Shown piece after piece: positions 60,713 to 64,000 of a stretch of 64,000 nucleotides of DNA. Origin of the DNA: Lama glama (Eukaryota); NCBI GenBank assembly GCA_028534125.1, contig CM052818.1:62001-126000 (forward strand). Direction: 5' to 3'. Both the position numbers and the translations under genes were made by a program. Within the stretch, counting starts at the first letter, position 1, and every line of letters starts with the position of its first letter. The notes below the pieces were generated by a model. The model was given only the letters and a program-made list of their open reading frames with translations, did not search any database and was not told the DNA's origin.

Positions 60713-63700
60713 TTTCAGTCCTAATTTTCCATTTGATTCTCTTTCATACCTTCTGTTTCCTTGCCGAGACAGTCTGTTTTTCATTAGTCTTAAGTACGTT
60801 TCTAACTGCTCACGGAAGCACTTTTATAACAGCTTCTCTAAAATCTGTGTCACCTCAGCGTTGGCATCTGCTGATTGTCATGTCTCACTCAAGTTGAAAT
60901 TTCCCTAGTCTCTTGACATGCTGAGTGATTTTCCATTATATCCTGGGCATTTGGGGATTTATAAGGCTCTAGATCTTATTTAAATTTTGTGTTTTAGCAG
61001 GCCACTTCTGACACCGTGCCATCAGGGAAAGGGGGTCGCTGCCTCATTGCTGACAGGCAGGGTGCCAGTCCATACTCCGCACTTGGCCTCCACGGACATC
61101 CCAGCGTGGGAGGGGCATCTTGTTAACATCGGGGCTGGGGGTGATGAGGGTTCCAGCTCCCTACATAGCCTTCACAGACACCATGGAGTTCACTATGGGG
61201 GACACCAACCCTGCAGGGAAGGGATGGGGTTCCTCACTGCAGTCAGATGGGGGTAAAAGTTTAGGTTCTCTTGGCCTGTGCAGACAGGGATGGGGCTACA
61301 GTTTTTTTTTTTTTTACATGGGTCATCTTTTTCTGTTTATTTATGTACCTGGTAATTTTTGGTTGGATACTAGACATCGTAAATTTTACCTTGTTAATTG
61401 TTAGATATTTTTGTGTTCTTATAAATATTCATAAGCTCAGTCCTGGGATACATTTACTTGGGGACAGTTTGATCCTGTCAGGCTGTGCCATTTGGGACGG
61501 TCCTGGGAAGTGCTGGGTGTAAGGCTGCTTATTCCCCACGACTGAAGCAAGTCTAAGAACAAGGACATTCCCTTACGTAGCCACGATATAGTTTCTTCAC
61601 TCAGAAAATTTAACATTGATAGCAAACTGTTATAAAAAATATAGTCAGCATTCAAATTTGGTTCAAATCGTTTGTAACAACTTTTTTTCCAGTCCGGTCA
61701 TGAATTGCATTTCTTTTTTTCAAAGACATATTTTAAAATATAACCCAAAAGAATCTCCAGTTGGTCAAATGCCAGGTCCTAGAGAAGGTGAGATGCCATG
61801 CTTGCCCTGCGAGGCTGAGCCTAGGATTCTGCCCCAACAGTCCAGCCCCATCCCTCATTTGTTCAGTTTTCTCCCCAGTCTCTACCTCTGCCCTCTGCTT
61901 CTCTCCTTTTTCTACTGTCTCGTGCTTCCAGTGTCTTGAGGGCTTCCCGGTGGTAGGAGAGAGGGAGTGACACACTGGGGACCGCGCCTGGTCACTGCCT
62001 TCTAGGAACCTCTCCCTGGTACCTGCAGACAGGATGTATTCCTCCTCATTTGGCTCTTTGATGAGTGCAAAGTGGAAACCCTCAAAGTGCTCAATGGGGC
62101 ATAAAGGCTGACTGAAAAAATGAGGTTTCAAGCAAATAGACAAACCCAGCAGTGAAAATCAATGAGATTAAAGCTGCCCTGTTAGAAAATAAATGAGGTG
62201 CAAAGGGATCAACCATGAAATATGAGTCAGCAGACCTCATCCAGGAAATCCCAGACCAGTACTGCTCAGGCCGGGGGCCTCCCCATGTCTCCACCAGTCT
62301 CCCCATCTGCTACCACCTGCCCCTTCCTGCCAGTGCACCCACATGCTTTGGCCTTCTGGAAATGCCCCAGTTGCTGATTACTGAAATCTGACATCAAGAC
62401 CACACCAGATCTCCCTCCTTGATTACTGCAGCCAGATCCTCTGCATCTCCACAGTTCTCTGTTCTGTCACTCTTGTGCCACTGATCTGGGTCTTCCTATA
62501 CCCAAAGTTTTGGGGTATTTGGATTCTAAGCCCCTCCCAGACTGCAAGCTCCTGTGATGTCATGAAAATTTTTAAATATTTGCTTTGGAATCAAGCCTGT
62601 TTCAAATCCCCAAAAATGTATGCCCCTGGGCTAGTTTCTAATCTTGTCTGAACCTCTGTTTCCTTATCTGTACACTAAGACCATAATATCTCATGCAATT
62701 ATGACGAAAATTAGATGAAATAAATTATGCAAAGGCCTCAGTCCAGTGCCTTGCATGTTTAAAATTTTCAACAAATGTAAGTTCTCTTCCTCACTTTTGA
62801 ATCCCCAAAGCTTAAAATATGTTGCCAGTAATTTTTATGCAAATTACTGGCTTACAATCACATGACTAATGCACACTCATTCGGAAAGTATAGAAAACGT
62901 AGAAGAATCAGAAAATAGAAAGAAGCAAAAAGAAAACAGAAAATCTATAATTTTCAAACCCAAAGATACTAGTGCATAAATTGATACACATCTTTTGAAG
63001 TTTTAGAAAGATGTAGTCACTATAACACTGTACACAGTGCTTTCTAATCTGCTTTTTAATATGTAAATGAGACAAACATCTTTCATTGTCCACGAATAGA
63101 TTTATACAACGTTATCCATAATGACTATAGAGTGACATCGTATAAGGATTTCTCAACTTAGCCAGTCCCCTACTCTTGATCATTTGCATTTTGTTCACTA
63201 AGCCATTGCTGGGATGAACATGCTTGTAAATCTTTGCTCTCATTTCAATTAAATTCCTGAGAGTGGAATTGCTAAAATGAGGGGTATGGGGAAAAGTTAA
63301 TACTTCTGGCACACATTGCCACATTACTCTCCCGAATGATCATGTCAATTTCTATTTCTCACCTACTCAAGGTATATAGTCATTCTTTTCTGGTCTTTGC
63401 TAAAGAGAAAATGGTACCTAATTGCTATTTTACTTTCCTTAAAAAAAAAAATCACTTGTGGTTAAATGTGGAACTGAATGAATATAATTCTCCTTTCATT
63501 CTGACCATCAAAGCAAAGTCATCTACACATTTTGCCAGCATTGCTCGGCCAGGATGAGTGGTTATGAAGAAAAAATGGTCATAATTTGGACAAAGCTAAT
63601 TTAAGAACCAAAATGATAGAGGAACAAGGACATCTGCAGTGTTGGGAGGAAATGGAGAGAACTGGGGCAAAGCAGGGACCTCAAGGGGCTGGGTTTGGAG

Positions 63701-63878
63701 AAGTAGTAAGTTTGGGATGGAACAAACCCAGTGACCATTGTAAAGTCAGTTACGGCTCTGCTCATTGGGAGCATTGCTGGAGTTGCCACATTAGTGGATG
63801 GGTTAGTTTTTATTCTCTTACATCAGCTCATTGTATAATATTTGTCCCTTAATAATCATTTTCCTCATTCTCAATGGG

Positions 63879-63905
63879 CATCATCATCATCATCATCATC
63901 ATCAT
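63879..63905 (+). repeat. (CAT)n microsatellite
   Basis: Directly visible; a similar tract lies at 1427-1450. Confidence 0.9.
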
Positions 63906-64000
63906 AAATGTAACTAACATTTGCTGAGCATTTTCCACAGGCCAGGTGTTATACTCTACTTGCATTATCTAATTTGACCCTTACGACGTTCCCATAAAGT

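Noticed and set aside
1..64000. CRISPR arrays, operons or other prokaryotic systems
   Set aside because: The sequence is mammalian; there are no regularly spaced repeats or gene-dense ORFs.

Overview
Repeat-rich mammalian genomic DNA, most likely a camelid: it carries about 10 copies of a tRNA-derived SINE that matches my recollection of Camelidae Vic-1. I see no intact protein-coding gene. The obvious feature is a near full-length, multiply disabled processed pseudogene of EIF4G1 on the minus strand (about 14242-19664). Less obvious, and invisible in the ORF track, is a series of about 20 minus-strand AG..GT-bounded exon remnants from a Kozak ATG at 46658 down to about 7060. Many are phase-compatible. 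Conceptually spliced, they give motifs collinear, from N- to C-terminus, with the RGS22/RGSL1 family of multi-RGS-domain proteins, but with stops, frameshifts and at least one dead splice site. My best reading is a decayed third RGS22/RGSL1-like paralogue (candidate unitary pseudogene) with the EIF4G1 retrocopy inside one of its introns. A CpG island at about 56.5-57.1 kb may be its promoter. The rest is L1 fragments, solo LTRs, SINEs and microsatellites. All protein comparisons use sequences recalled from memory and were aligned by eye, so they need database confirmation.
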